A stretch of DNA of 64,000 nt from Myxococcota bacterium. GTDB taxonomy: Bacteria; Myxococcota_A; UBA9160; UBA4427. Location of the stretch: contig OZ252299.1 in NCBI GenBank assembly GCA_965250285.1, forward strand, positions 1,952,001 through 2,016,000, read 5' to 3'. The translations under genes were made by a program, and so were the position numbers. Below are positions 19,409 to 29,405 of this stretch, piece after piece. The notes under the pieces were generated by a model. That model did not search any database. It saw nothing but the letters and a program-made list of their open reading frames with translations, and had not been told where the DNA came from. How positions within the stretch are numbered: position 1 is the first letter of the stretch; each line of letters starts with the position of its first letter.

Positions 19409-21669
19409 CTCGCCGGCGCGTCGGACTTCACGGCGTCGGCCCCCAGTCGGCGCGCCTGCTGCAGCAGCTCTTCGAGAACCCCGACCTCGAGTGGGTCCGG
19501 CTGTACGACGAGGATCACGACCGGGCCACCGAGGCGCTCGCGGGTGTCGACGTCGCCCTGCTCGAGCGCTGCCGCCCGCTGATCTGCTCACGCTGGGACG
19601 AGTTCGCCGCCGACCCGCCCCTCGATGTCGTCATCGACGAGGGGCATCTGCCGGCGCTGCGCGAGCGCCTCTCGGGCTCGGGCGCGGAGGGTCCCCAGAT
19701 CCTCTCGCCCCAGACGGCGCGCCTGCTCTGGTCGCATGGCCCGCAGCCCGGCGACCGCAAGACCGAGCTGCTCGATGTGCTCGGCGAGATCGTGCGGAGC
19801 GTCGATCTCACCGTCGACGGCAAGGAGCTCTTCGCGCGGATGCTCGAGATCGCGGTGGCCGTGACCGGCGCATCGGGTGGTTCGCTGATGCTGCTGGGCC
19901 CCGAGCGCGACGAACTCTTCATTCAGGTCGCCTTCGGCGTCGAGCCCGAGCTGTGGTCGAAGATCCGCGTGCCGCTGGGCGACGGCATCGCCGGCCAGGT
20001 CGCCGCCGAGGCTCGGCCGATGATCGTCGCGGGCCGCGCCGACGCCGAGCGCTACCGCATCGTGCGGGAGCGTGTCGACGTCGCATCGGCGCTCTGCGTC
20101 CCGCTGGTCCACGACGGCCGCGTCCTCGGCGTGCTCAACCTGCATCATCACACGCGCGCCGATGTGTTCGACGAGCACGACCTCGCGTTCATGGAGGAGC
20201 TGGCCGCGCTCGACGCGGCGATCATCCAGCGCGTGCAGGCCCACGCCGAGCTACGCGCTCAGGCCGCCCGCTACGCCGCGACGCGCGAGGTGCACGCGCT
20301 GCTCGCCGGCCCCGATCCCCTGCCCGAGCGGCTCGCTGCGATCTGCCGCGTCGTGGCCCGCCGACTCGGCGACGGCATCGCCACCCTGTATCTGCCCGAC
20401 GACGCGTCGGACGACGGCCCCTTTGCGCTTGCAGCGAGCTCGCTGCCTGGCGGTCACGCCGGCGCGCGCACGGCCGTCGAGCGGGGCCACGGCCTCGACG
20501 GCGAAGCCGCGCGCACGGGCGAAGCCATTCTGCTGCGCAACGAAGACGGTCGCCTGCGCTACGCCGCCCTGCCCCTGCCGCACGAAGGCCGCACCGAGGG
20601 CGTCCTCGCCGTTCAGGTCGGACACCTGACGGGCGACCCCGACGAGCTCGAGGCGAACCTGCTCGAAGTCGCCGCCGTCATCGCGGACGGCGTCGCTCGG
20701 ACACGCCGCGAGGCCCGCGCTACGGCCCACGCCCTGCGCGTCAGCGCCGCGCACGAGGCGGGGACGCGGCTGCTCGATCACACCGAGCGCGAGACCATCG
20801 CGCACGCGGCGAGCGCCTCGCTGTCGATGCTGCTGGGCGCCGAGCACGTGGTCGTGCGTCTCGAGGATCCGGCGAGCCGACGCTTCCGCATCGACGCCTA
20901 CGTCGGCAGCGCCGACGAAGACGCCCAGTACGCACTGTTCGCCCTCGACAAGGCCGCGACCATCGAGACGATCCGGCGCCGGACGATGCAGCTCGTGCGT
21001 GACCTGCCCGGTCACCCGAAGCTCGGCGCATGGGCGGGTCCGGTCGCTTCGATGATGTCTTCGCCCCTCAAGATCTCGGGGCGCATCGTGGGCACGATCG
21101 CGATCTACGAGAAGCTCGCGGCCGAATCCTTCTTCTCGGGCCGGTTCAACGAGGACGACCTCCAGGTGTTCTCCCACTTCATCGGCAACCTCGAGCGCGC
21201 GCTCGGTCAGGTCTGGCAGCCGACCGACGCGGCCGACGATGCGCTGATCAGATGGCGTGAACGCATCGCCCAGGAGCTGGCCCGTGCATCGAGTCGGCCG
21301 GGCGCGTTGGCGCTGGCGATCTGCTCGATCGACGATCCGCAGCCGCTCCGCGATGCCGGCCCGGAGCATATCGACGAAGCCATGAGGCGGATCGAGTCCG
21401 CACTCGAGCTCGAGCTGCGCAGCTTCGATGCGATGGTCCGGCTCGACGACCACCGCTTCGGCCTGCTGCTCCCCGAGCCGCATCCCGACGCCGGGGCCCA
21501 CGTGCGCAGGTTGGCACACGCCGCGAGCGAGCGCGTGATGCAGCAGGACACACCGGCCGACGCCGCGCGCATCGTTCTCGCGTTCGGCTTCACCGAGAAC
21601 GGACCGAACGAGATGGACGGCGTCGCGCTCGAAGAACGCGCGAGCGAACGCCGCATCGTCATGGTCTAG
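19405..21669 (+). CDS. Multi-GAF protein with N-terminal Rossmann-like segment and degenerate GGDEF-like C-terminus
   Basis: GDGIAGQVA and SALCVPLVHDGRVLGVLNL (GAF); RSFDAMVRLDDHRFGLLLP where RxGGDEF is expected; ATGA overlap with upstream gene. Confidence 0.75.
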   Translation: MTRRRVGLHGVGPQSARLLQQLFENPDLEWVRLYDEDHDRATEALAGVDVALLERCRPLICSRWDEFAADPPLDVVIDEGHLPALRERLSGSGAEGPQILSPQTARLLWSHGPQPGDRKTELLDVLGEIVRSVDLTVDGKELFARMLEIAVAVTGASGGSLMLLGPERDELFIQVAFGVEPELWSKIRVPLGDGIAGQVAAEARPMIVAGRADAERYRIVRERVDVASALCVPLVHDGRVLGVLNLHHHTRADVFDEHDLAFMEELAALDAAIIQRVQAHAELRAQAARYAATREVHALLAGPDPLPERLAAICRVVARRLGDGIATLYLPDDASDDGPFALAASSLPGGHAGARTAVERGHGLDGEAARTGEAILLRNEDGRLRYAALPLPHEGRTEGVLAVQVGHLTGDPDELEANLLEVAAVIADGVARTRREARATAHALRVSAAHEAGTRLLDHTERETIAHAASASLSMLLGAEHVVVRLEDPASRRFRIDAYVGSADEDAQYALFALDKAATIETIRRRTMQLVRDLPGHPKLGAWAGPVASMMSSPLKISGRIVGTIAIYEKLAAESFFSGRFNEDDLQVFSHFIGNLERALGQVWQPTDAADDALIRWRERIAQELARASSRPGALALAICSIDDPQPLRDAGPEHIDEAMRRIESALELELRSFDAMVRLDDHRFGLLLPEPHPDAGAHVRRLAHAASERVMQQDTPADAARIVLAFGFTENGPNEMDGVALEERASERRIVMV

Positions 21670-21697
21670 ACGAGCGCCCGGGCCCGGCCGTGCCGCC

Positions 21698-22807
21698 TCA
21701 GCCGAGCAGCGTCTCGGCGGGCACGTACTCGAGACCGAACGCGTCGGCCACGCCCTCACAGTGGATGCGGCCGTCCCACACATTGAGCCCCCGGGCCAGT
21801 GCCGCGTCGTCGCGAAGCGCCGACTCGAGGCCCTCGCCCGCCAGCGCGTGCACATAGGGCAGCGTCGTGTTGGTCAGCGCGAAGGTCGACGTGCGCGGTA
21901 CGGCACCCGGCATGTTCGCCACGCCATAGTGCACGACGTCATGCACGCGGTAGGTCGGATTCGAATGCGTCGTGGGGTGGATCGTCTCGATGCAGCCGCC
22001 TTGATCGACCGCGACGTCGACGACGACCGAGCCCGGCTCCATCGCCTCGATCATGCGTTCGTCGACCAGGGTCGGCGCGCGACGGCCATGGGTGTAGACC
22101 GCGCCGATCACCAGGTCGCTCGTCTTCACCGAACGTTCGATGTTGGTCGGATTCGAGTAGAGGGTGTTCAGCTCACCGCGAAACAGATCGTAGACGTACG
22201 TCAGGCGCTTGAGATCGACGTCGAACACGTCGACTTCGGCACCGAGGGCGTGCGCGACGCGCAATGCGTTGATGCCCACGATGCCGGCGCCGAGCACCGT
22301 CACGCGCCCGCGCGGCACTCCGGGCACGCCGCCGAGCAGCAGTCCCTTGCCGCCTTGATCGGCGCGCAGCAGGTTGGCGCCAATCTGTCCCGCGAGTCGA
22401 CCCGCGACCTCGCTCATCGGTGCCAGGATCGGAAACGCGCCGTCTGGCTGTTGGACCGTCTCGTACGCGATCGCCGCCACGCCGCTCGCCTGGAGCGAGA
22501 CGGTCAGCTCACGGTTGGCGGCGAGATGCAGGTACGTGAAGAGCACCTGCCCGCGCTGCAGGCGCTCGACCTCGTCGAGATTCGGATCCTTCACCTTGAC
22601 GACGAGGGGGGCCTGCCAGGCTGCGTCCGGATCGACGATCTGCGCGCCCGCATCGTGGTACGCCGCGTCGTCGAACCCGCTGCCGAGCCCGGCGCCGGTC
22701 TCGATCACCACCTCGTGGCCCCCGGCCACGAGGCTGCGCACGCCGTCGGGGACGACCCCGACCCGCGCCTCGCGATCGCGTGTCTCCTTCGGCACACCGA
22801 TTTGCAT
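21698..22807 (-). CDS. ald: Alanine dehydrogenase
   Basis: [43 protein letters not shown]. Confidence 0.96.
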   Translation of the reverse strand: MQIGVPKETRDREARVGVVPDGVRSLVAGGHEVVIETGAGLGSGFDDAAYHDAGAQIVDPDAAWQAPLVVKVKDPNLDEVERLQRGQVLFTYLHLAANRELTVSLQASGVAAIAYETVQQPDGAFPILAPMSEVAGRLAGQIGANLLRADQGGKGLLLGGVPGVPRGRVTVLGAGIVGINALRVAHALGAEVDVFDVDLKRLTYVYDLFRGELNTLYSNPTNIERSVKTSDLVIGAVYTHGRRAPTLVDERMIEAMEPGSVVVDVAVDQGGCIETIHPTTHSNPTYRVHDVVHYGVANMPGAVPRTSTFALTNTTLPYVHALAGEGLESALRDDAALARGLNVWDGRIHCEGVADAFGLEYVPAETLLG

Positions 22808-22868
22808 CGCGGCCTCTCTCGAGCGAAAGGACCGGGCGGGCGCTCGATGCGCGCCCGCCCGGTCCGGC

Positions 22869-24134
22869 TCAGCTCTTGTACGCCTCGATCAGGATGTCCG
22901 AGGTCTCGGGGCGCATGATGCGCTCGTCGGGGCGATCGCCGCCCTTGAGCTGCTCACGCACCTTCGTGCCGCTGATCGAGAACGGCTTCTCGTCGGGGTG
23001 GCGCTCGGTGAGATCGACGCGACCGAGCGACTCGTAGTAGGCCGCAAAGCCGACCTTGCAGGGCTGGATGTGCAGCTCGCCCGCGAGGTTGTCGAAGATC
23101 TCGTGCGCATCGAAGTCGCCCCAGATGGCCTCGCCGTCTTCGAACGGGGCGTCGGCGTGCTTGCGGCCGATCACGATGTCACTGAACCCGTAGTTCTGAC
23201 GATAGATGCCGTGCATCACCGCCTCCTTGGGGCCGCCGTAGAACATCTTGATGTCGAGACCGATCAGCTCGAAGATTTCGCTGATGTCGTAGCCGGCCTT
23301 GTCCCAGATCGCCTCGTCCTTGTCACCCTGGCCGAGCAGCGCCTTCTCTTTCAACGCGTGGTAGCAGGCCATGCGAGTCGTCGCGGGAACGTCGTCCCCC
23401 TTGAGCTCACCGACGAGCGGGTTCAGCACCGCGCCCGTGAAGTGCCCCGCCGCCGTCAGCGACTCGACGCCGTACACGAGCGCATACTCGTGGGCGCGGT
23501 GCAGCGGGTTGCGCGTCTGGAACGCGAGCGCGCGCTCCCACTTCCGATCACGAATCAGGGCGCGCACCATGCGCGGCGAGAGCATGTACTCGCCGTACTC
23601 GGGGTTCACCGGCTGCGGCAGCGCGCGCAGGTAGCCACCGATCAGCTGGCTGCGCGGATCGTTCTCGACCATGCGGCCGCCCGGGTGATCCATGCGATCG
23701 GTGCCGTAGACGCTCTTCACGTACTTGGCCTTGTCCCACGGGTAGACCTCGACGTCGGAGACGATGGCGATGATGTCACCGGCCTCGTTGACGATCGCCG
23801 CCGAGCTCCCGGCGGGCAGCTGTGCGGCCTCTTCGTCCGTGACCGGCAGGGCCAGCGGGATGGTCCATGCGTAGAGCTTGCCTTCGAACTCGATCGCGCC
23901 GTCGTCGAGGCTGCGGTTCCAGGCGTTCGCGTACATCGGGCCTTCGAGGGGCGACAGCGCCCCGTCGGCGATGCGGTAGACGGTCGACAGGTCGGCGGCG
24001 GTGACCGCCACGCGAGGCAGCTGCTCGGCCTCGGCGAGGAAGGCCGCCCGCTCGCTCAGCGGGACGACCCGGTCGACGGGCTCGGCGAGACCGCCGTGAA
24101 CGGGAACCAGATCGGATGCCACTTTCGTACTCAT
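22869..24134 (-). CDS. sat: Sulfate adenylyltransferase (ATP sulfurylase)
   Basis: [39 protein letters not shown]. Confidence 0.93.
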   Translation of the reverse strand: MSTKVASDLVPVHGGLAEPVDRVVPLSERAAFLAEAEQLPRVAVTAADLSTVYRIADGALSPLEGPMYANAWNRSLDDGAIEFEGKLYAWTIPLALPVTDEEAAQLPAGSSAAIVNEAGDIIAIVSDVEVYPWDKAKYVKSVYGTDRMDHPGGRMVENDPRSQLIGGYLRALPQPVNPEYGEYMLSPRMVRALIRDRKWERALAFQTRNPLHRAHEYALVYGVESLTAAGHFTGAVLNPLVGELKGDDVPATTRMACYHALKEKALLGQGDKDEAIWDKAGYDISEIFELIGLDIKMFYGGPKEAVMHGIYRQNYGFSDIVIGRKHADAPFEDGEAIWGDFDAHEIFDNLAGELHIQPCKVGFAAYYESLGRVDLTERHPDEKPFSISGTKVREQLKGGDRPDERIMRPETSDILIEAYKS

Positions 24135-24277
24135 CTTGACTTCTCTCTACCTCGCTCGTCCGAGGCACTGTCGAGGCGCGGTCGCTGCCTCGGTGGTTGA
24201 ATCGTCGTCGCGAGGGCCAATCCCTCGCCAGGTCGCCGCCCGGCCATCGCGGGCGGCTCGAAATCGGTCTCGGCCGG

Positions 24278-25348
24278 TCACCAGACCGGCCAGGCGGCGC
24301 CCCCTTCCCCGAGCAGGATCCGATCGCCACTGCCATCGATCCTGCGGATGTAGAGTCGTTCGATGCCGTCGTCGCCGGGCGAGATGTAGACCACGTGGCG
24401 CCCGTCGGGGGAGACCGCGGGGTTTCGCTCGTCGCGAATCGAGCTGCCGAGCCGGGCCCGACCGCCCCCCTCGATCCGCATGCGCATGAGCCGCCAGCCT
24501 TCCGGGGTCTCCGTCGTGAAGACGAGCCCCGAGCCGTCGGGCAGAAAGGCGGGCTCTCGCCCCCGTGCGAGCACCACCGGCTCGGGGCCGAGCCGCGGCG
24601 GCTGCGAGACGATGGTCGACAGGTCGCGCTGCTGGCCCGTGCGGGGCGGCCGATTGACCGCCCGGACGTAGACCACCTGCTTGCCGTCGGGCGCGAAGCG
24701 TGGCCCCGACGGGTAGGCGGCGTCGACCACCGGTTCGGGGTGCGCCCCATGGTCGTCGGTCACCACCATGCCCGCAGACGTGCGGCCCGCGCGCTGCTCG
24801 ACGAACGTGATCACCATCGCGCCCGCATGGTCGTAGTCGGCCTCGAGGTGCATGCGGGGACCGCGCGTGACCGCCCTCAGCTCGGCCTCGTCGAGATCGT
24901 ATTCGTAGATCTGGAACCCGCGCTCGAGGTGACCACTGGTGAAGAGCAGCCGGCGGCGATCGGGCGACCAGGCGAGCGGGCGCGCGTTCACGGGCGCGCC
25001 CTCGAAGCGGGTCAGCTCACCGGTGCGCGGGTTCAGCAACGTCACGCGCCCGGGAAACCGACCGAGCCCTTCGGCCGACGCCGGGTCGCGGCCGAAGAGC
25101 GATGCCAGCCCTTCGGCCGTCGCCACGCCGATGCGACTTGGTGAGGCCGAGCTGCGTCCGGATCGCGACTCTTCGATCAGCTCCTGGCGACGCCGCGCGT
25201 CCTCGGGACTCCAGTGCACGAAGGCAATCGGCGAGTCGCTGACCTCGTCGAGCGAGAGCCCGCCCATCGAGCTCGCGCAGCCGATCCCGGTCAGGACGCC
25301 GCTCGCGAGCGCGAGCGCGCCGATGCTGCGAACCCAGCGGCGGATCAT
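24278..25348 (-). CDS. TolB-like beta-propeller (PD40 repeats), probable lipoprotein
   Basis: Signal peptide ending LTGIGC; AWSPDRR, PRFAPDGK, PAFLPDGS, PAVSPDGR repeats. Confidence 0.8.
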   Translation of the reverse strand: MIRRWVRSIGALALASGVLTGIGCASSMGGLSLDEVSDSPIAFVHWSPEDARRRQELIEESRSGRSSASPSRIGVATAEGLASLFGRDPASAEGLGRFPGRVTLLNPRTGELTRFEGAPVNARPLAWSPDRRRLLFTSGHLERGFQIYEYDLDEAELRAVTRGPRMHLEADYDHAGAMVITFVEQRAGRTSAGMVVTDDHGAHPEPVVDAAYPSGPRFAPDGKQVVYVRAVNRPPRTGQQRDLSTIVSQPPRLGPEPVVLARGREPAFLPDGSGLVFTTETPEGWRLMRMRIEGGGRARLGSSIRDERNPAVSPDGRHVVYISPGDDGIERLYIRRIDGSGDRILLGEGGAAWPVW

Positions 25349-25857
25349 TCGTCGGCGACCTCGATCACGCGCCCGCCGTTGCGATCGAACTCGCCGCGCT
25401 TCGGATCGAACAAGAAGAGACCGGCGCCCTCGACGGCCTCACCGAGCACCGACACGACGATCTGCGCGACGCCCGGGAACGGGAAGAGCGGGTGCTCGGC
25501 GAACGCCACATCGTCGTCGCTCAGATAGACGTCGCTGCCCACGTGCGAGTGATACGCGGTCGTCACGCCGCGGCCGTTCTCTTCGGCACTGCGCGCGACC
25601 TCGATCACCTCGGCCTCGTTCATGTAGAAGGCCTGGTGGTTGTCGCGCGGAAAGGCGACCGGATCCTGGGCATGCATCTTCGTCATCGTGTTCGTGATGC
25701 GGTGCACCGTGGTGAACGGATTCGCCTCGGTCCCCGTAATCAATCCACAGCACTCTTCGGGCGCGGCATCGCGCGCGTGGGCGTACAGCTCCATCATGAT
25801 CCGCCCCGGGATGATCGCGGGGGCCAGGCTGGGGTTCAGCTCGATGCTGCGGCCCAT
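25345..25857 (-). CDS. JAB/MPN (M67) metallopeptidase, Mec/CysO-peptidase-like
   Basis: PEECCGL and JAMM motif YHSH...YLSDDD; start may extend to 26022. Confidence 0.88.
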   Translation of the reverse strand: MGRSIELNPSLAPAIIPGRIMMELYAHARDAAPEECCGLITGTEANPFTTVHRITNTMTKMHAQDPVAFPRDNHQAFYMNEAEVIEVARSAEENGRGVTTAYHSHVGSDVYLSDDDVAFAEHPLFPFPGVAQIVVSVLGEAVEGAGLFLFDPKRGEFDRNGGRVIEVADE

Positions 25858-26031
25858 GGTCCATCGCTCACGATTCGAGGTCGGGCGGAAGCCGCCCCCG
25901 GCGCTCGGCTGCGGCAGCCGCTGCCGATCGACAGGTGCGCGATCGCGTGCGGCCCGCTCCGGTGCGGTGGCAGTCTCGACGCCGCCATTCCGAAGCCCAC
26001 CCTGCATGCCCTCCGGGGGCACTGCCGACGG

Positions 26032-26060
26032 AGTCTACGAGAGAACCGAAACGATGGCGA
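26032..26060 (-). promoter_or_regulatory. Putative sigma-70 promoter for the JAB-TolB-sat unit
   Basis: Minus strand TCGCCA-N17-TAGACT. Confidence 0.45.
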
Positions 26061-26091
26061 GCCCCGGATGGCTGCACCCGAGCGCTGTCCT

Positions 26092-26148
26092 GCGCCGAGC
26101 GCACCATGCGGCGCCGAGCGCACCATGCGGCGCCGAGCGCACCATGCG
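26092..26148. repeat. Perfect 19-bp tandem repeat, 3 copies
   Basis: GCGCCGAGCGCACCATGCG three times with no spacers, intergenic. Confidence 0.95.
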
Positions 26149-26220
26149 GCGGCGTGCGCGCCCCGCGGCGGCGCCTGCGCCGACTCAGGTCTCGTCCCAT
26201 GCGGCGCCGCGAACGCCGGC

Positions 26221-26730
26221 TCAGATCTCGTAGCTGTACGCGTCGTGGCTCGCCCGGGGCACCGCCTCGCGCGCAGCGACACGGCACAGCTCGGCGACGG
26301 TCACGTCTTCGAGGCAATCGGCGAAGCGGCGACCGAGCACCGGCCAGATGAAGTCGGGCCGGTGGGCCGCAGCCTGATCGGTGGCCGGGTCGACATCGAC
26401 CCGCGCCGCTTCGTCGGCCGCGGCGTCGTCTACGACGCGGCCCGCTTCGTTGGGCGCTGCGCCCGTCACGAGCGGGCCCTCGACGGCCTCGACGATCTCG
26501 AGCAGCGTAATCTCGGCAGGATCGCGAGCGAGGACGTAGCCACCGCCCGGTCCTCGCTTGCCCTTCACGATGCGCGCGCGCCGCAGCCGCTGGAAGATCT
26601 GCTCGAGATAGCGCGTCGGAATGCCCTGGCGTTCGCCGATCACGCGCACCTGCACGGGCTTCTCGAAGCCGTTGTACGCGACGTCGAAGACGCCGCTCAC
26701 CGCGTAGTAGACCTGCAGAGAAAAGCGCAT
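26221..26730 (-). CDS. Rrf2-family transcriptional regulator (CymR-like)
   Basis: IGERQGIPTRYLEQIFQRL, GKRGPGGGYVLARDPAEITLLEIVEAVEG; lacks the IscR three-Cys motif. Confidence 0.9.
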   Translation of the reverse strand: MRFSLQVYYAVSGVFDVAYNGFEKPVQVRVIGERQGIPTRYLEQIFQRLRRARIVKGKRGPGGGYVLARDPAEITLLEIVEAVEGPLVTGAAPNEAGRVVDDAAADEAARVDVDPATDQAAAHRPDFIWPVLGRRFADCLEDVTVAELCRVAAREAVPRASHDAYSYEI

Positions 26731-26820
26731 ACTCGGGTCGAGAATGCCCGAAGCCCGCAGCGGCAGCAATGGAGCCAGCCACCCGGCGCGCGAAGCCGCG
26801 TCCGAGAGGATTCAGCGGTC

Positions 26821-27258
26821 ATGCCCGAAGCCCCGACCCGACCCGACGCGACGGCCGGCAGCGAGCCGAGTTCGCTCGACGGGCTGCACCGCCAGATCCA
26901 CCGCACGTTCCTGGGCGCGATCGCAGTGTCGGCCGTCGCGGCCGCCGTTTCGGGCTTCGCCGACACCGAACCGGCACTGTCACAGTCGACGACCTTCGCC
27001 GCCATCGCGCTCGGCCTCGGCTGCGTCATCCTGCGTCGGCTCTCGACGTCGCCGATGATCGGGGCCCGCGCCGAGCTGCGGCTCGATGTCGCAGGGCTGG
27101 CCTGCGGCGCCGGGCTCGCCCTGCTCGGGGCGTTCATCGCCTGGGATCAGGAGGCTGCGCGCACGGGTCTCGCCTACTGCGGCGGCGCATTCATCCTGTC
27201 GGCCCGCCCGCCGATCCCGTCCCATCGCCGCGTGCGCAGGCGCCGCCTCGACGAGTGA
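26821..27258 (+). CDS. Small four-TM hypothetical membrane protein
   Basis: ATG 26821 after GAGGA; four hydrophobic segments; fills the intergenic gap. Confidence 0.6.
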   Translation: MPEAPTRPDATAGSEPSSLDGLHRQIHRTFLGAIAVSAVAAAVSGFADTEPALSQSTTFAAIALGLGCVILRRLSTSPMIGARAELRLDVAGLACGAGLALLGAFIAWDQEAARTGLAYCGGAFILSARPPIPSHRRVRRRRLDE

Positions 27259-27347
27259 GGCGACCCGGCCGGCGCGCCGCAAACGCAACCGGCTCCGGCT
27301 CACTCCCCATTGGACCATCGCGAGCCGGACCCGTAGATTCCCGCCCC

Positions 27348-29405
27348 GTGTTGATCCAGACCGACCAGCTGGCACGCCGCATCGGCGGACGCGTGCTCTT
27401 CGAAGGGCTCACGGTCGTCGTGCGCCCCGGCGACCGCATCGGCCTCGTCGGACCGAATGGCGCCGGCAAGTCGACCCTGCTGCGGATCCTCGCCGGCGAC
27501 GACACCGCCGACGCTGGGCGCTGCGACCGCAGCCGGGGCGTACGCGTCGGCCTGCTCAAGCAAGAGATCGACCCGACCTCGAATGCGTCGGTCTTCGAGG
27601 AGGCAGCTTCGGCGCTCGCGCACTTCGATGCCCTCGAGGCCGAGATGCGAGCGCTCGAGGCGCGCATGGCCGAGAGCGAAGGGCACGTGCCCGCCGACGT
27701 CGCTGACCGCTACGACCGCATCAGCACCGAGTACAGCCAGGGCGGCGGGTTCGAGCGCGATGCCGAGGTGGCGCGCGTGCTCGCGGGTCTCGGCTTCGCA
27801 CAGACCGACTTCGACGCGCCGCTCTCGTCGTTCAGCGGCGGCTGGCTGATGCGGGTCGAGCTGGCCAAGCTCTTCCTGTCGCGGCCCGACGTGTTGCTGC
27901 TCGATGAGCCCACGAACCACCTCGACCTGCCCGCCATCGAGTGGTTCGAAGAGGCCATCACCGACCTGCCGGGCGCGATCATCGTGGTGTCGCACGACCG
28001 CTCCTTCCTTCGGCGCCACGCCAATCGCATCATCGATTTCGATGGCCTCGGGAACGCCGAGGTCGACGAGGCCGGCTTCGAGCGGCACCTACAGCTGCGC
28101 GCCGAGCGGCTCGAGCAGCTGCGCGCTCGCAAGGCGAACCAGGATCGCGAGATCGCGCAGATGGAGCGCTTCGTCGAGCGCTTTCGCGCGAAGTCGACCA
28201 AGGCCAAACAGGCGCAGAGCCGCATCAAGGCCCTCGAACGCATCGAACGCATCGAAGTCCCCGAGCAGAACGAGCGCGTGATGCGCATGCGCATCCCCGA
28301 ACCGCCGCGCAGCGGCCAGCAGGTGATGGAGCTCGACGGGGTCTCGAAGGCCTACGACGACAATGTCGTCTACACCGATCTGTCGCTCACCGTGCAGCGC
28401 GGCGAGCGGCTCGCGCTGGTCGGCCCGAACGGCGCCGGCAAGTCGACGCTGCTGCGGATGATCGCCGGCGCACTCGAGCCCGACGCCGGCGAGCGGTTGC
28501 CCGGACACAACGTCGAGGTCGGTTTCTTTGCCCAGCACCAGCTCGAGAGCCTCGACCAGAAGTCGTCGATCCTCGACGAGGTGAGCCGCAGCGCGACGAT
28601 CGACGACGGTCCGCGTCTGCGCAGTCACCTCGGCGCATTTCTTTTCACCGGCGACGACGTCGACAAGAAGGTCGCCGTCCTCTCGGGCGGCGAGAAGGCG
28701 CGGGTCGCGCTCGCGAAGATGCTGCTGCGCCCGGCCAATCTGCTCGTGCTCGACGAGCCGACGAACCACCTCGACCTGCGCTCACGCGAGGTGCTCGAGC
28801 AGGCGCTGGCGAGCTACGCCGGCACGCTCGTGCTCGTGTCCCACGACCGCGACTTCATCAACACGCTCGCGACGCGCGTGCTCGAGGTGCTGCCCGGCCA
28901 CGTCGAGTCGCACCTCGGCAACTACGACGAGTACCTCGCGCGCAAGGCCGCCCGAGAGGCCGCGCAGACGGCACCCCGGCCGACCCCGGCCACGAAGGGC
29001 GCCGCGACGACCCCGGCCAAGGCCGGGCTGGGTGCAGCGGCTGATGCCGGCACGACCCCGAGCGCGAAGCGCCCCCCTTCGTCGCAGCCGCCGGCCTCGA
29101 CTCAGTCCAAGCAGACCCAGCCGAAGCCGACCAAGGAAGAGCGTCAGCGCGCGCGCGAGCGATCGAAGGCTCGAGACCGGGTGAAGCGCCGGATCGAGAA
29201 GCTCGAAGCCGAGATCCAGACGGCCGAGGAGGCGCTCGAAGCGGTCGGCTACCGACTCGCCGATCCCGAGGTCTACGCGAATGCCGAGCGGCTGCTCGAG
29301 GTGCAGGCCGAGCAGCAGGCCGCGCAGGCCGACGTGGACGCGCGCTACCGCGACTGGGAGCGACTCAACGACGAGCTCGCCGCCCTCGACGACGCGCCGG
29401 ACTGA
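27348..29405 (+). CDS. ABC-F family ATP-binding protein
   Basis: Two NBDs (GPNGAGKST twice, FSGGW/LSGGE, LDEPTNHLD twice), no TM, C-terminal coiled coil. Confidence 0.93.
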   Translation: MLIQTDQLARRIGGRVLFEGLTVVVRPGDRIGLVGPNGAGKSTLLRILAGDDTADAGRCDRSRGVRVGLLKQEIDPTSNASVFEEAASALAHFDALEAEMRALEARMAESEGHVPADVADRYDRISTEYSQGGGFERDAEVARVLAGLGFAQTDFDAPLSSFSGGWLMRVELAKLFLSRPDVLLLDEPTNHLDLPAIEWFEEAITDLPGAIIVVSHDRSFLRRHANRIIDFDGLGNAEVDEAGFERHLQLRAERLEQLRARKANQDREIAQMERFVERFRAKSTKAKQAQSRIKALERIERIEVPEQNERVMRMRIPEPPRSGQQVMELDGVSKAYDDNVVYTDLSLTVQRGERLALVGPNGAGKSTLLRMIAGALEPDAGERLPGHNVEVGFFAQHQLESLDQKSSILDEVSRSATIDDGPRLRSHLGAFLFTGDDVDKKVAVLSGGEKARVALAKMLLRPANLLVLDEPTNHLDLRSREVLEQALASYAGTLVLVSHDRDFINTLATRVLEVLPGHVESHLGNYDEYLARKAAREAAQTAPRPTPATKGAATTPAKAGLGAAADAGTTPSAKRPPSSQPPASTQSKQTQPKPTKEERQRARERSKARDRVKRRIEKLEAEIQTAEEALEAVGYRLADPEVYANAERLLEVQAEQQAAQADVDARYRDWERLNDELAALDDAPD

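Noticed and set aside
26092..26148. Possible CRISPR array
   Set aside because: The repeats are contiguous with no spacers, and there are no cas genes.
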